Assembly: GCA_964630875.1 (NCBI GenBank)
Contig: CAZVXF010000005.1
Location: forward strand, 199-64,198
Reading direction: 5' to 3'
Length of the DNA: 64,000 nucleotides
Origin: an uncultured bacterium
GTDB lineage: Bacteria; Chlamydiota; Chlamydiia; Chlamydiales; SM23-39
The position numbers and the translations under genes were made by a program. Positions 49,400 through 58,753 of the stretch are shown here, piece by piece; the first letter of the stretch is position 1, and each line of letters begins with the position of its first letter. Below the pieces are notes generated by a model. It ran no database searches. It was not told the DNA's origin and was given only the letters and a program-made list of their open reading frames with translations.

Positions 49400-50166
49400 A
49401 ATTCCTCATTGCCTTTCTTCTCTTGTTTTCAACTTCGCAAATGATGGCGCAAACAACGCCTGCACCTTTGCAGACCGAAGTCCAATCTCCAGGAAGCTTA
49501 AACCCAAGCATGGTCACAAAGCTTGCCGTTTTGGCAGGGCTTTCCCTTCTGCCTTTTGCGATCATGCTTCTCACCTCATTTATGAAGATCGTTGTTGTTT
49601 TGTCGTTGCTTCGACAAGCGCTCGGCGTGCAACAAACACCGCCCAATCAGGTCTTAAACGGAATTGCCTTACTCATTACAATTTATGTGATGTTTCCTAC
49701 AGGCCTTGCAATGTATAAAGCTGCAGAACCGATTATTCAAACGCAAGCTCCTCAAACTGTGATTTCGGATCAAAGCGCTACATTTATCCTCAACGTCGTG
49801 GATAAAGCCAAAGAACCGCTCAAAGGCTTTTTAGAGCGCAACTGTTCCCCAAAACATATCTCCAGTTTTTATAAATTGGCCTACAGACTTTTCCCTGAGC
49901 CTTATAAAAGCCAACTGAAACAAAACGATTTCATTATCCTTGTTCCCTCATTCATCACAAGTCAGCTGAAAACAGCCTTTGAAATCGGTGTATTGATTTA
50001 CTTGCCCTTTTTTGTGATCGATCTGGTGGTTTCGAACATTCTTCTTGCGATGGGTATGATGATGCTATCCCCTTTGACAATTGCGTTACCAATCAAACTC
50101 CTTCTTCTGGTCGTTGTGGATGGATGGACCGTTCTCATTCAAGGGCTTGCAATTTCATTTAAGTGA
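49396..50166 (+). CDS. sctR: Type III secretion export-gate protein SctR (YscR/CdsR, FliP-like)
   Basis: FliP-family motifs (SFMKIVVVLSLLRQALG.QQTPPNQVL and FEIGVLIYLPFFVIDLVV). Confidence 0.9.
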   Translation: MKFLIAFLLLFSTSQMMAQTTPAPLQTEVQSPGSLNPSMVTKLAVLAGLSLLPFAIMLLTSFMKIVVVLSLLRQALGVQQTPPNQVLNGIALLITIYVMFPTGLAMYKAAEPIIQTQAPQTVISDQSATFILNVVDKAKEPLKGFLERNCSPKHISSFYKLAYRLFPEPYKSQLKQNDFIILVPSFITSQLKTAFEIGVLIYLPFFVIDLVVSNILLAMGMMMLSPLTIALPIKLLLLVVVDGWTVLIQGLAISFK

Positions 50167-50172
50167 TAAACT

Positions 50173-50445
50173 ATGTTTGCAAATGAAATCTATCAACTCA
50201 CTTATCAAGCGCTGATCCTGATTTTGATCTTATCGGGTCCGCCGATCATTGTGAGTATGATTCTGGGTTTACTCGTTGCTATTTTCCAGGCAGCCACCCA
50301 AATTCAAGAACAAACCCTTTCCTTTACTGTAAAACTTTTCGCTGTTGTTTTTACAATCATTGCCCTGAGTGGCTGGCTTGGTGGACAAGTGATTCAATAT
50401 ACCAACACGATCTTCACAGCGATTCAGAAATATAGCGCAGCATGA
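50173..50445 (+). CDS. sctS: Type III secretion export-gate protein SctS (YscS/CdsS, FliQ-like)
   Basis: 90 aa, two TM segments, conserved FQAATQIQEQTLSF motif. Confidence 0.9.
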   Translation: MFANEIYQLTYQALILILILSGPPIIVSMILGLLVAIFQAATQIQEQTLSFTVKLFAVVFTIIALSGWLGGQVIQYTNTIFTAIQKYSAA

Positions 50446-51290
50446 ATACGCTACATGCAACGGAAAGCTACCTTTCTCTTCTCCTAAGCCTTCCAAATCT
50501 TGATCCATATACGGTTTTATCGGTTTTTTTCTTAACGCTAGCAAGACTACTCCCCGTTCTTGCTCTGGCTCCCTTTTTGGGGTCCCAAAACGTTCCGATG
50601 ACGATTAGAGTCATGTTTGGCGTTGCTCTCACCGCTATTTTTCTGCCGCAAAATTTATTGACTGTTCATCACAGTATTCCCTTTGGAATGGGTTTTGTTT
50701 TTTTGTGCATCAAGGAACTTGTATTTGGTGCGGTTCTAGGGTTTTTAAGTTCTGTTCCCTTTTATATCGCGCAAATGTCTGGAAGCTTAATCGATTTTCA
50801 ACGAGGCGCCTCTTCTCTTCAAGTCACAGATCCAACAACAAAATCTCAAACAGGTTCTATTGGTATTCTGTATAACCTCGTTTTGATCGCAGTTTTTTAT
50901 TCTCTGGGGGGGCCTTTTTTTTTCTTTGATGGAGTGGCTACTTCTTATCAAATGATCCCCGTCGATTCATTTACCAACCCAGATTTCTTTCACGCATCGA
51001 ATCCATTCTGGAAAATGACCTTTCAAATTGCGCAAACGATGTTTACTCTTTGCGTTCAATTAGCTGCCCCTTCTCTCATCGGCATTCTCCTCATGGACAT
51101 GTTCCTTGGAATTGCCAATCGCCTCGCTCCACAAGTACAAATCGTTTTCCTTGGCATCCCTCTCAAATCTTGGGTTGGACTTGCTCTGCTGACTGCTGCC
51201 TGGGCCTTAATTATTCAAGTGATGGGCAAACAAACACTTGACTGGTTTAAGTCGATTAATAAACTAATCCAAACCGTAAAATTTATTTGA
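50442..51290 (+). CDS. sctT: Type III secretion export-gate protein SctT (YscT/CdsT, FliR-like)
   Basis: Polytopic FliR-like protein directly following sctS with a 4-nt overlap. Confidence 0.85.
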   Translation: MNTLHATESYLSLLLSLPNLDPYTVLSVFFLTLARLLPVLALAPFLGSQNVPMTIRVMFGVALTAIFLPQNLLTVHHSIPFGMGFVFLCIKELVFGAVLGFLSSVPFYIAQMSGSLIDFQRGASSLQVTDPTTKSQTGSIGILYNLVLIAVFYSLGGPFFFFDGVATSYQMIPVDSFTNPDFFHASNPFWKMTFQIAQTMFTLCVQLAAPSLIGILLMDMFLGIANRLAPQVQIVFLGIPLKSWVGLALLTAAWALIIQVMGKQTLDWFKSINKLIQTVKFI

Positions 51291-51315
51291 CAAGACGAAT
51301 TATCTGTTGTATAAA
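51287..51315 (+). promoter_or_regulatory. Possible sigma-70-like promoter for the MFS gene
   Basis: TTGACA (overlapping the sctT stop), a 17-nt spacer, then TATAAA. The -10 lies only 11 nt before the ATG, so the mRNA would be nearly leaderless. Confidence 0.3.
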
Positions 51316-51326
51316 CACCTAGGCAT

Positions 51327-52616
51327 ATGGAAACAAAACCGCTTAGACTATCCCACCCTTGGAAAGCATGGATTATATGGCTGCTGAGCGCCATATTCAT
51401 GTTCTATAAATATGCTTTGGAAGTTTCTCCAAGCGTGATGACCGGAACATTGATGAGTACTTTTCAGATTTCGGGCGCCCAATTAGGAGTTTTAGCTGCG
51501 ACTTACTTTTACGCATATCTCCTTTTGCAAATTCCAGCAGGTTTTTTAATCGATCGTTTTGGCCCCAGAAAAATGACAACGATTGCGATCGCCGTTTGCG
51601 GCGCTGGAAGCCTTGTTTTTTCAAGCGCCAATACCCTCTTTATTGCTGAAGTGGGTCGATTTTTTATCGGGGCGGGTGCTGCGTTCGCAGCTGTAAACTG
51701 TTTAAAGCTCACTGCAAATTGGTTTCCCTATAGACAATTTGCCTTCATGGCAGGTCTGATGATGACGATTGCAATGCTCGGCGCAGTTGGTGGTCAGGCC
51801 CCTCTTGCAAGTTTTATTGAAGTAGCCCAATGGCGCCCAGCCATGAGATATATTGCGTTTGCAGGCCTTATTCTCGCGCTTGTTTTTTGGGTGATTGTTC
51901 GCGATAAAGCGCCTGATCATACCAAAGAAAAAATGTTTTGCTCTACTCGAGTTTCTCTTTTAAATGGCCTTAAACAAATTCTCAGCTCCTCTCAATCATT
52001 GTGGTTATCGATTTATAGTGGCTTTGCTTTTGCACCTGTAATGGTTTTTGGTGGCCTTTGGGGAGTCGCATTTTTACAAGAAGCGTATCAGTTATCCGAG
52101 ACAATCGCAGCCCGACAAGTCTCTTTAATCTTCATTGGATTTGCAGTTGGCGCTCCGATTTTTGGATACTTATCAGATCGTGTTGGGAAAAGAAAAGGAG
52201 TGATGTTTTGGGGGACTCTTTGCTCGTTATTCATGATCTCCGCTGTCATTTACGTTCCAGGATGGTCTGTTGCTCTCATTTCGACGCTCTTATTCCTCTT
52301 TGGTTTTTGCATCAGTAGTTTTCTCTTATGCTTCACAATGATCCGCGAAGTGAATGCACCGCTACTTGCTGCAACAGCCATCGGTTTTATGAATGCATTT
52401 GATGCATTGTTTGGAGCCGTCTCAGATCCATTGACAGGGAAAATCCTCGATTCCCAATGGTCTGGAGAAACCCTAGCTGGAGCGCGCGTTTTCACAGTTG
52501 CTGCTTATAAGTTGGCCTTCATCACCCTTCCAATTTTCTTAATCATTGCTTTGATTTCTCTTTGGAAAATCAAAGAAACTTACTGTAAACCCTCTTATCC
52601 GAATCAACTTCCATAA
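51327..52616 (+). CDS. MFS transporter
   Basis: About 12 TM segments and an MFS loop 2-3 motif (GFLIDRFGPRK). Confidence 0.8.
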   Translation: METKPLRLSHPWKAWIIWLLSAIFMFYKYALEVSPSVMTGTLMSTFQISGAQLGVLAATYFYAYLLLQIPAGFLIDRFGPRKMTTIAIAVCGAGSLVFSSANTLFIAEVGRFFIGAGAAFAAVNCLKLTANWFPYRQFAFMAGLMMTIAMLGAVGGQAPLASFIEVAQWRPAMRYIAFAGLILALVFWVIVRDKAPDHTKEKMFCSTRVSLLNGLKQILSSSQSLWLSIYSGFAFAPVMVFGGLWGVAFLQEAYQLSETIAARQVSLIFIGFAVGAPIFGYLSDRVGKRKGVMFWGTLCSLFMISAVIYVPGWSVALISTLLFLFGFCISSFLLCFTMIREVNAPLLAATAIGFMNAFDALFGAVSDPLTGKILDSQWSGETLAGARVFTVAAYKLAFITLPIFLIIALISLWKIKETYCKPSYPNQLP

Positions 52617-52632
52617 ATTTAGGTTTAAATTT

Positions 52633-53616
52633 ATGCGAGCGATGGTCTTAGAAGCTCTTCATAGCCCTCTAATTTTAAGAGAAGTTCCTCGCCCCACTCC
52701 AAATCCAAACGAAGCGCTGATACAAGTAAAAACATGCGGTGTTTGCAGAACTGATCTTCACATCGTTGATGGTGAACTTCCCACACCCACACTTCCTCTC
52801 ATATTAGGTCATCAAGTAGTAGGGATCATCAAAGAATTGGGTAAAAATGTCTCTAAATACAAAGTTGGTGATCGAGTAGGTGTCCCATGGCTTGGAGGCA
52901 CTTGCCACACTTGCGAATTTTGTCTATCCAACAGAGAAAACCTGTGCGATCAAGCAATCTACACTGGATACACACGAAACGGTGGATATGCCGACTTTTG
53001 TACAGCGCATGAAGATTATATGATCCCTCTCTATCACGACCATGACGATCTACATACTGCACCCCTACTCTGCGCAGGTCTGATTGGCTATCGGGCTTTT
53101 CGATTAGCAAGTCCTTCTAAAACAATTGGCTTTTATGGTTTTGGATCCTCCGCTCATATATTGATTCAAGTGGCGATTGCTTTGGGCTCGGAAGTCTATG
53201 TATTCACTCGAAAAGGCGATCTAGAAACGCAAAACTTTGCCTACTCATTAGGGGCAAAATGGGCCGGAGGATCGGACGAACTTTCCCCCATTCCCCTAGA
53301 CGCTGCAATTATTTTTGCACCCGTCGGCGCGCTTTATCCACAAGCCTTAAAAACAATTAAAAAAGGCGGGAAAGTGATCAGCGCTGGCATTCATATGAGC
53401 GATATTCCCTCATTTCCGTATCGTCTATTGTGGGAAGAGCGATCCATCTCCTCCGTTGCCAACCTCACGCGTCAAGATGGACTTGATTTTATGCAGCTCA
53501 TTCAACAAATTCCCATTCAGGTTAAAGCAACCCCCTATTCATTAACAGACGTCAATCAAGCTCTTTCAGCGATCCGTAACGGATCCCTCGACGGTTCTGC
53601 AGTCATTACCATCTAG
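52633..53616 (+). CDS. Zinc-dependent alcohol dehydrogenase (MDR family)
   Basis: Catalytic Zn motif GVCRTDLH, structural Zn cluster CHTCEFCLSNRENLC and the Rossmann motif GFGSSAH. Confidence 0.85.
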   Translation: MRAMVLEALHSPLILREVPRPTPNPNEALIQVKTCGVCRTDLHIVDGELPTPTLPLILGHQVVGIIKELGKNVSKYKVGDRVGVPWLGGTCHTCEFCLSNRENLCDQAIYTGYTRNGGYADFCTAHEDYMIPLYHDHDDLHTAPLLCAGLIGYRAFRLASPSKTIGFYGFGSSAHILIQVAIALGSEVYVFTRKGDLETQNFAYSLGAKWAGGSDELSPIPLDAAIIFAPVGALYPQALKTIKKGGKVISAGIHMSDIPSFPYRLLWEERSISSVANLTRQDGLDFMQLIQQIPIQVKATPYSLTDVNQALSAIRNGSLDGSAVITI

Positions 53617-54167
53617 GGAATTGCAAAACAAGCATCCGATTTTTGAGTTTGTTTGGGTATAATATGCTTACAAATCTTCGTAGCCTTTTCAAAAGGCTCT
53701 TCAAGAATTGTTCGTCCTATAACGGTTGAATCACTTACTTTGTATTTAATATTACCTTTATCAACGGATACAATAATCAAATCACTTACATCGTTTCCCA
53801 TATTGTCCTGAAAGAAAATAACCATTTCGATATTGTCAGGAGTGAAAGGATACTTTGCTAAATAAGGCCTAATTTTTTCATTTTCATTAATTGCAGTAAC
53901 AAGAATATTGACGCAATCGATAATCATAGGTCTCGTTTCATCTATTGTAAGAGGCCTTCTGCATTCAAAAGCTAAATATAACATTTTGATTTCATCCATC
54001 ATTTGTCCTCCATTACCAAAAGGACTTAATCCATATTTCTTTGTGATGGCTTTAGCAGTATTTACAAGGACTGAATTCGCTAGTTTTTCTTTTTCGCTGA
54101 CTGGGTATGATGTTTGGGTGCTACAGCTACAAAATAAAAATAAAAAAATTAAGCACACCTTAATCAT
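53613..54167 (-). CDS. Hypothetical lipoprotein (candidate immunity partner of the upstream hydrolase)
   Basis: Lipobox LFLFCSCS. There is an 8-nt overlap with the upstream gene. The C-terminal roughly 10 codons run into the repeat junction. Confidence 0.5.
   Translation of the reverse strand: MIKVCLIFLFLFCSCSTQTSYPVSEKEKLANSVLVNTAKAITKKYGLSPFGNGGQMMDEIKMLYLAFECRRPLTIDETRPMIIDCVNILVTAINENEKIRPYLAKYPFTPDNIEMVIFFQDNMGNDVSDLIIVSVDKGNIKYKVSDSTVIGRTILEEPFEKATKICKHIIPKQTQKSDACFAIP
53615..53662. repeat. Composite repeat junction: GGAATTGCAAAAC motif fused to the right half of the TATACCCAAACAA palindrome
   Basis: agggaattgcaaaac (identical to the MITE terminal repeat at 15271..15285) is followed by ccgatttttgagtttgtttgggtataat (identical to 46983..47010). 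This marks the core/island boundary. Confidence 0.65.
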
Positions 54168-55401
54168 TGTAAATCCCTTTTCTTAATAAATAATCATCAA
54201 TATGCTGAAATAACACTTTAAAATATGTGCGACTTCGATAATTATGATCCATTCCTTCTGCTTCAGGATGAGGTTCCAAAATAATTAATTCTCCACGATT
54301 GGCTATCGCTTTTTGCAGTCGCTCATCTAAGAGTCTGCCTTTGTATCCTGTTAAAGAATTTACTATGGCTGTTTCTGCTGAGCATAAATATATTTCAGCA
54401 TTAGGAACAATATCGGCCTTACTCGCGTAATTATAAGATTTATAACACAGATTAGTTGGGATAAGAGTTGCCGGCGCTATAGCTATTACTATAATCCTTT
54501 CACGAACCTCTTTTGGGAGTCCTTCCAATGCATTTTTCACATGAATAGTACCTTGACTATGACAATTCTGCAAATATTTTGCATGAGGGTTATTTTTATT
54601 TTCTTCATGAAATACAAGCCAGTTCTCTCTCAGCAATTTCTCAGTGATCGGAGAATATCCAGACATATTCACTAAACCTGCTTCAATTCCATCTAAAATC
54701 GGATTATTCGAACAATTATATACCCACTCTACTGCTAATTCCTTCGTAAACTTTTTTAAGTACTCTGAGTTTAAAACCGCATCACAAAGAGAATTCCCTA
54801 TCCCGTTTATACCACCGATTCTCATTGTAGGCTGCTGATTACCCGTAGTTCTAAATGTCATAGAAGTATTGTATTGCGGTTTTAGAGGTAAAACTTCAGG
54901 ATCCGCAATGTAATCCATGTATTGTGATTCAAATAGCCAATGACCCCAATTTTGTTGCAAGGGCATCATTTCCGATGAAAAAACAGGTAAATTCCTATCT
55001 AACTTAGGGATTTCGGTGTATGTGTTGCTTGGAACGCTTGAAACTTGAGAATCACTATTCAGACCTTCCGCAAGAGCAGCAACACCCGAACAAAGAGCTG
55101 AATCTGCTACTAGAGCGGCCACGCCGGCAGTCAGAATAATCGCTGCCGTCACAGCAGCACCATCGAGAATTACTCCTCCCGTAATCAAGATAATTTTTTT
55201 ATGTTTTTGCCAAAAAGATTTTTTCTCCTTCGTCGACTTATGAGAAAAAAGCTGTGTGTTTTGTGCAACTTTCGCAATCTTTTCAACGCCAGACTGATCA
55301 CTCCATACGAACTTTTTATGAAATTTTTCTCCATCTAAATATGTGCTATTTTCAGAAAAGAGAACGGAATTGAATTCACAAGAATCAATAGTAGCCATCA
55401 C
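54160..55401 (-). CDS. Membrane-anchored alpha/beta-hydrolase-like protein (lipase-type nucleophile elbow)
   Basis: Bilobed Gly/Ala-rich hydrophobic region (IILITGGVILDGAAVTAAIILTAGVAALVADSALCSGVAALA), an oxyanion-like IGGINGIGNS, a nucleophile elbow CHSQG, and later Asp/His candidates (ASKADIV and GMDHNY). Confidence 0.55.
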   Translation of the reverse strand: MMATIDSCEFNSVLFSENSTYLDGEKFHKKFVWSDQSGVEKIAKVAQNTQLFSHKSTKEKKSFWQKHKKIILITGGVILDGAAVTAAIILTAGVAALVADSALCSGVAALAEGLNSDSQVSSVPSNTYTEIPKLDRNLPVFSSEMMPLQQNWGHWLFESQYMDYIADPEVLPLKPQYNTSMTFRTTGNQQPTMRIGGINGIGNSLCDAVLNSEYLKKFTKELAVEWVYNCSNNPILDGIEAGLVNMSGYSPITEKLLRENWLVFHEENKNNPHAKYLQNCHSQGTIHVKNALEGLPKEVRERIIVIAIAPATLIPTNLCYKSYNYASKADIVPNAEIYLCSAETAIVNSLTGYKGRLLDERLQKAIANRGELIILEPHPEAEGMDHNYRSRTYFKVLFQHIDDYLLRKGIYND

Positions 55402-55654
55402 AATCTCCAGAGAAAATTTTAATGGCGAATTCTAAAAAAATATGTTGATATTTTCAACAACACTTTTGACGAGAGGGCTCTCAACAAAGAGCTCCTAATT
55501 TTAAAAATTGTACTAATAAAATACTCTGTACTACAGCGTTTCATTAATTTTGACAATTGTTGGGTAAAGCTTTTTTAGTTTGATTCTTGCATCCTCAACA
55601 GTGAATCGCCAATCAACAACATGTGCATCTTTGTTTCTGTTCTCCCCGACGTAG

Positions 55655-55910
55655 CATAGTATAGCCAGAAAGCATTGGTCGATAGAGAACGGGCTACATC
55701 GATCTTTAGATATGGTGTTTAAGGAAGATTCAGCACAGGAACATGATCGAAATGCAGCCGCTAATTTATCTGTGTTACGCAAAATTGCTCTCTCGCTTCT
55801 GAAAGCAATAGATCCTCATAAGAAGTTAAAAATTAAAATGAAAGAATGTGCTTACTCACCAGTTTTTCGCAGTCGTTCTTTATTGGGAGAATTTTAATGC
55901 GTCAGTTCTG
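55655..55910 (+). mobile_element. 3' remnant of an ISAs1-family IS (transposase C-terminal 81 codons plus the IS end)
   Basis: The in-frame translation HSIARKHWSIENGLHRSLDMVFKEDSAQEHDRNAAANLSVLRKIALSLLKAID... matches the conserved HW.IEN.LHW.LDV.F.ED..R.R..NA..NLA.LR..ALNLL C-terminus of ISAs1 (H-repeat) transposases (recall). It has no N-terminal roughly 290 aa. Its last roughly 110 nt are repeated in inverse orientation at 60166..60275. Confidence 0.75.
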
Positions 55911-56027
55911 GCTGACATCAAGGATACGCTTCAAAGTATTGAGAAAAGCAATGACAAAAAAAGAGATGATTTTTCTTGCTTGTAAAATGTATTTTCCTCA
56001 AAGTGCGTTTCCATTTGAAGGTGAAAC

Positions 56028-57875
56028 GTGCGATATTTTCTGTTCCTATTATGCATAAGTTTTTCTCTTTTTCCTAATGATGATTGGGAAGATAAAGAAA
56101 CTTTCCAGTATGGATCTTTTGTAACATATGCTGGTTTGGAGTTGCGATGCGACAGAGGTTGTGGGGATCCTGAATACGATCGAAATGCAGATAAAATAAA
56201 TTACCTATGTTGTGAATGGTTGCGGAAGCCAATTAATCCTGACTTCTATTCTCGGTTGCGGTGGAGGCATGCGGAAAATGTAAATCTACAACCTTGGGAA
56301 TCTTCTACACTGAGTCGTTCCGACTGGGAAGGCAGTTTTGAAAGATTTGAGGAATATGAAGATGAAGGCATGTCTCATGGAGAATTTCTAAAAACTTCTT
56401 CTGAATTTTTAGAAGAGATAAGCAATCTTGCTTTCGTTTCACAAGAAGATCTCCAGCATCATAAAAAAAATATTCAAAAAATCCAGGAATTACAAACCCT
56501 TGGAGCTCGTTTCATTGAGTGGAATGACGAAGACGAAGTAGAGGGATATGAACGAGGATCGTTCAATTCTTCTACTATTCGAAATGCAATGGATTCAGAA
56601 ACAAGAGCCGTTTCTCGGTGTGAAAGAGAACTGGAATGTTATGAGCAATATCGGGATTATGCAGAAGATACTTTTCGACTTGTAGATGCAACATTCAAAA
56701 AAATATTCATCAATTGTCTGGAGAAACACCAGTCTGAGGGGATTACTTTTCGCGCCGCTCTAAATGATCTAATGCAGAATAACTTAGACGATGCTCTTGA
56801 ACGACTTGAGTTTTTAGTAAAGCTCGCAGAAACAAAAAATTGGGACGGAAAATTGATTGCTAAACTGCAATTACTCCAAGGAGAAGTGGAGAATGAGCTT
56901 TGCCTTTACGCTGATGCGATTGTAACTCTAACTTCTTCCATACAGCGCGATCCTAGTTGTAAAGAAACTTATCTCGAACGAGCGAGAGCTTACTTTGAAA
57001 CTGGCGAATTTGAATCGGCTTTTCAAGATTTCTTATCTTCAGGCATCAAAAGTACTCCAATTGATCCCCAAAATAAATCCCTTATCGCTTTTGCTTCTGG
57101 CATTATGTCTGGAACTCTGCGCGGAGGTCAAGAGGGGCTAACAGAGTTCATTCCTTCATTGATTACTTCTTTAAAAATGCTTGGATCAGGGGTTTGGGCT
57201 TTTGTTCAAAATCCAGTAGAAATTTCTTCCGAATTTGCTAACGCGGTATACGATATAGTTGAATCTGTGCAATCGTTTGAGGATTTCTCTTCTATCTTAA
57301 TCCCGGAATTAAAGGATCTAGTTTCCAATTGGGAAGAAATGTCCTCTTTTCAAAAGGGAGGGTCTTGTGGTCACATTATAGGAAAATATGGGATCGATAT
57401 TCTTTTACCTTTGGGTGTTGCAAAAGGAGGAAAAGCATTTGTTAAATTGAGACAAGCTTCTGCAGTTCATGTATTTGAATCATATGTAAAAACGGAAACA
57501 AACGCATTGCAACTTCAGAAAAAAGCTCAATTAGCGCTAGCGCGCAGAACTGGTCAATTAAAAAATGCTGCCTACGCAGAAATTGAGGATAGAAAAATTA
57601 CTAAATATGCATTGGAAAAAAGTGGCAAATCTAATGGTTTCAGAGAGATTTTAGGTTATAATGAATCAAACTGGGAAGAACTGCAAGATAGCATTAAAAA
57701 AGGTATTTTGAAAAATAAGGCTAAGTTCCATAAGATTGATCAGTATGGCGTTAAATTTTCAGTAGATATGTTAATTGAAGGGCCTAAGGGTAAAGCTAAC
57801 GTTAGAACAGGATGGATATACGATCTGGGAAGCGATAAGCCACGCCTTACTACACTGTTTGTATGCACGAAGTAG
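56028..57875 (+). CDS. Polymorphic-toxin-like secreted protein A1 (conserved N-terminal and TPR regions, Gly-rich hydrophobic module, DUF6883-like C-terminal tip)
   Basis: GTG start with a hydrophobic N-terminus MRYFLFLLCISFSLF. It shares CD.GCGDP.YD and EGYER motifs and a TPR-like segment with the 61304 paralogue. The C-terminal segment KITKYALEKSGKSNGFREILGY...W..L...DQYGVKFSVDMLIEGPKGKANVRTGWIY...PRLTTLFV fits my recollection of the DUF6883 pattern. Confidence 0.7.
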   Translation: MRYFLFLLCISFSLFPNDDWEDKETFQYGSFVTYAGLELRCDRGCGDPEYDRNADKINYLCCEWLRKPINPDFYSRLRWRHAENVNLQPWESSTLSRSDWEGSFERFEEYEDEGMSHGEFLKTSSEFLEEISNLAFVSQEDLQHHKKNIQKIQELQTLGARFIEWNDEDEVEGYERGSFNSSTIRNAMDSETRAVSRCERELECYEQYRDYAEDTFRLVDATFKKIFINCLEKHQSEGITFRAALNDLMQNNLDDALERLEFLVKLAETKNWDGKLIAKLQLLQGEVENELCLYADAIVTLTSSIQRDPSCKETYLERARAYFETGEFESAFQDFLSSGIKSTPIDPQNKSLIAFASGIMSGTLRGGQEGLTEFIPSLITSLKMLGSGVWAFVQNPVEISSEFANAVYDIVESVQSFEDFSSILIPELKDLVSNWEEMSSFQKGGSCGHIIGKYGIDILLPLGVAKGGKAFVKLRQASAVHVFESYVKTETNALQLQKKAQLALARRTGQLKNAAYAEIEDRKITKYALEKSGKSNGFREILGYNESNWEELQDSIKKGILKNKAKFHKIDQYGVKFSVDMLIEGPKGKANVRTGWIYDLGSDKPRLTTLFVCTK

Positions 57876-57882
57876 AAAATCT

Positions 57883-58446
57883 ATGAACGTCGGCGATAAA
57901 ATTTTAATTACTTATAATATTTCTCTAAGAAATTTAAAAGGCTTTATCGTGTCTTCTCTTCCCCCAGTCAATTCAAAAACGTACTTGGTTAAAATTTCTT
58001 TTAAAAAGCCGCTTTTTGTCACAGTAAAAGAATCTGAATTTATTCGAGTGGGTAAGAAAGAAGTACGTTTATCTGCTCCTTCTTTTTTCCATGAAACAGG
58101 ATGTGATGGAACGATCGTCGGCGTGCTACCTCGCAGCCACTATCTTTGCGAATTTGATGAGCCTTTCTGTAATATTATCCTTAAAGAAAAGGAAATTATG
58201 AAATGGGAGCCAGAGAAAGGGGTTTTTGCTCTTTTAGATGTTGTCCGGCTCACAGAAGATTTTCCTGAATATAACTTAAAAAAGGGCGCTGAAGGAACTA
58301 TTGTCCTTGTATTCTTTAAGCCATCCCTTGCGTATGATGTTGAATTTCATTTTGGAGAAGATGCAGATCCACCATGGGATAACTTCACATTTTCGCCACA
58401 TCATCTCGAATTTGTTCGGAGTCTTTCAAGCTCACTTCAGAATTGA
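57883..58446 (+). CDS. Immunity-like protein I1 (three tandem small beta-rich modules, the last DUF4926-like)
   Basis: The ATG lies 7 nt after the A1 stop, at the same relative position as in the I2 copy. The C-terminal segment LDVVRLTEDFPEYNLKKGAEGTIVLVF...AYDVEF fits the DUF4926 pattern (recall). The ORF-track start at 57775 would overlap A1 by 100 nt and is not conserved between the two copies. Confidence 0.65.
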   Translation: MNVGDKILITYNISLRNLKGFIVSSLPPVNSKTYLVKISFKKPLFVTVKESEFIRVGKKEVRLSAPSFFHETGCDGTIVGVLPRSHYLCEFDEPFCNIILKEKEIMKWEPEKGVFALLDVVRLTEDFPEYNLKKGAEGTIVLVFFKPSLAYDVEFHFGEDADPPWDNFTFSPHHLEFVRSLSSSLQN

Positions 58447-58753
58447 TACAGGGTGTCGTAGAACAAACCACGACAAAAAACTTTTTTTATAGTAGAATTA
58501 CTTTTAGAGTTTATCCGAAAATAAGTCCGAGGAAATAGCTGCAAAATCTCGGACGCAAAAATTATTTAAGAAAGCCTTATAAATGAGCAATTATCGAAGC
58601 CATCAAGACTTAGTCACAAAATATGAAGAATGTGAAAAAAAGTTACGCTCTTTGAAATGTATGGATTTTCAGCACAACTCATTGTTACTATTTTGTTATT
58701 CTGTTTAAATAACCTACATATAAATCATTTCTATTCATGCTTTGCACTTCTTG

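Noticed and set aside
55531-55650. Possible second transposase remnant on the minus strand (…DWRFTVEDARIKLKKLYPTIVKINETL*)
   Set aside because: The C-terminal peptide reminds me of the ends of some IS transposases, but I cannot name the family with confidence and only about 35 residues are available. The upstream half of the 83-aa ORF is antisense to the ISAs1 remnant. It needs an ISfinder/BLASTX check before being called.
57775-57882. N-terminal extensions of the immunity-like ORFs (57775 and 59478 starts)
   Set aside because: They would overlap the toxin genes by about 100 nt in another frame, and the extensions are not conserved between the two copies. In contrast, an ATG 7-8 nt after each toxin stop is conserved in position.
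58584-58709. 41-codon ORF in the spacer between I1 and the orphan cassette
   Set aside because: It is short, has no RBS and no recognisable features. It was noted only because the spacer might contain a promoter for the orphan cassette, which cannot be judged from the sequence.
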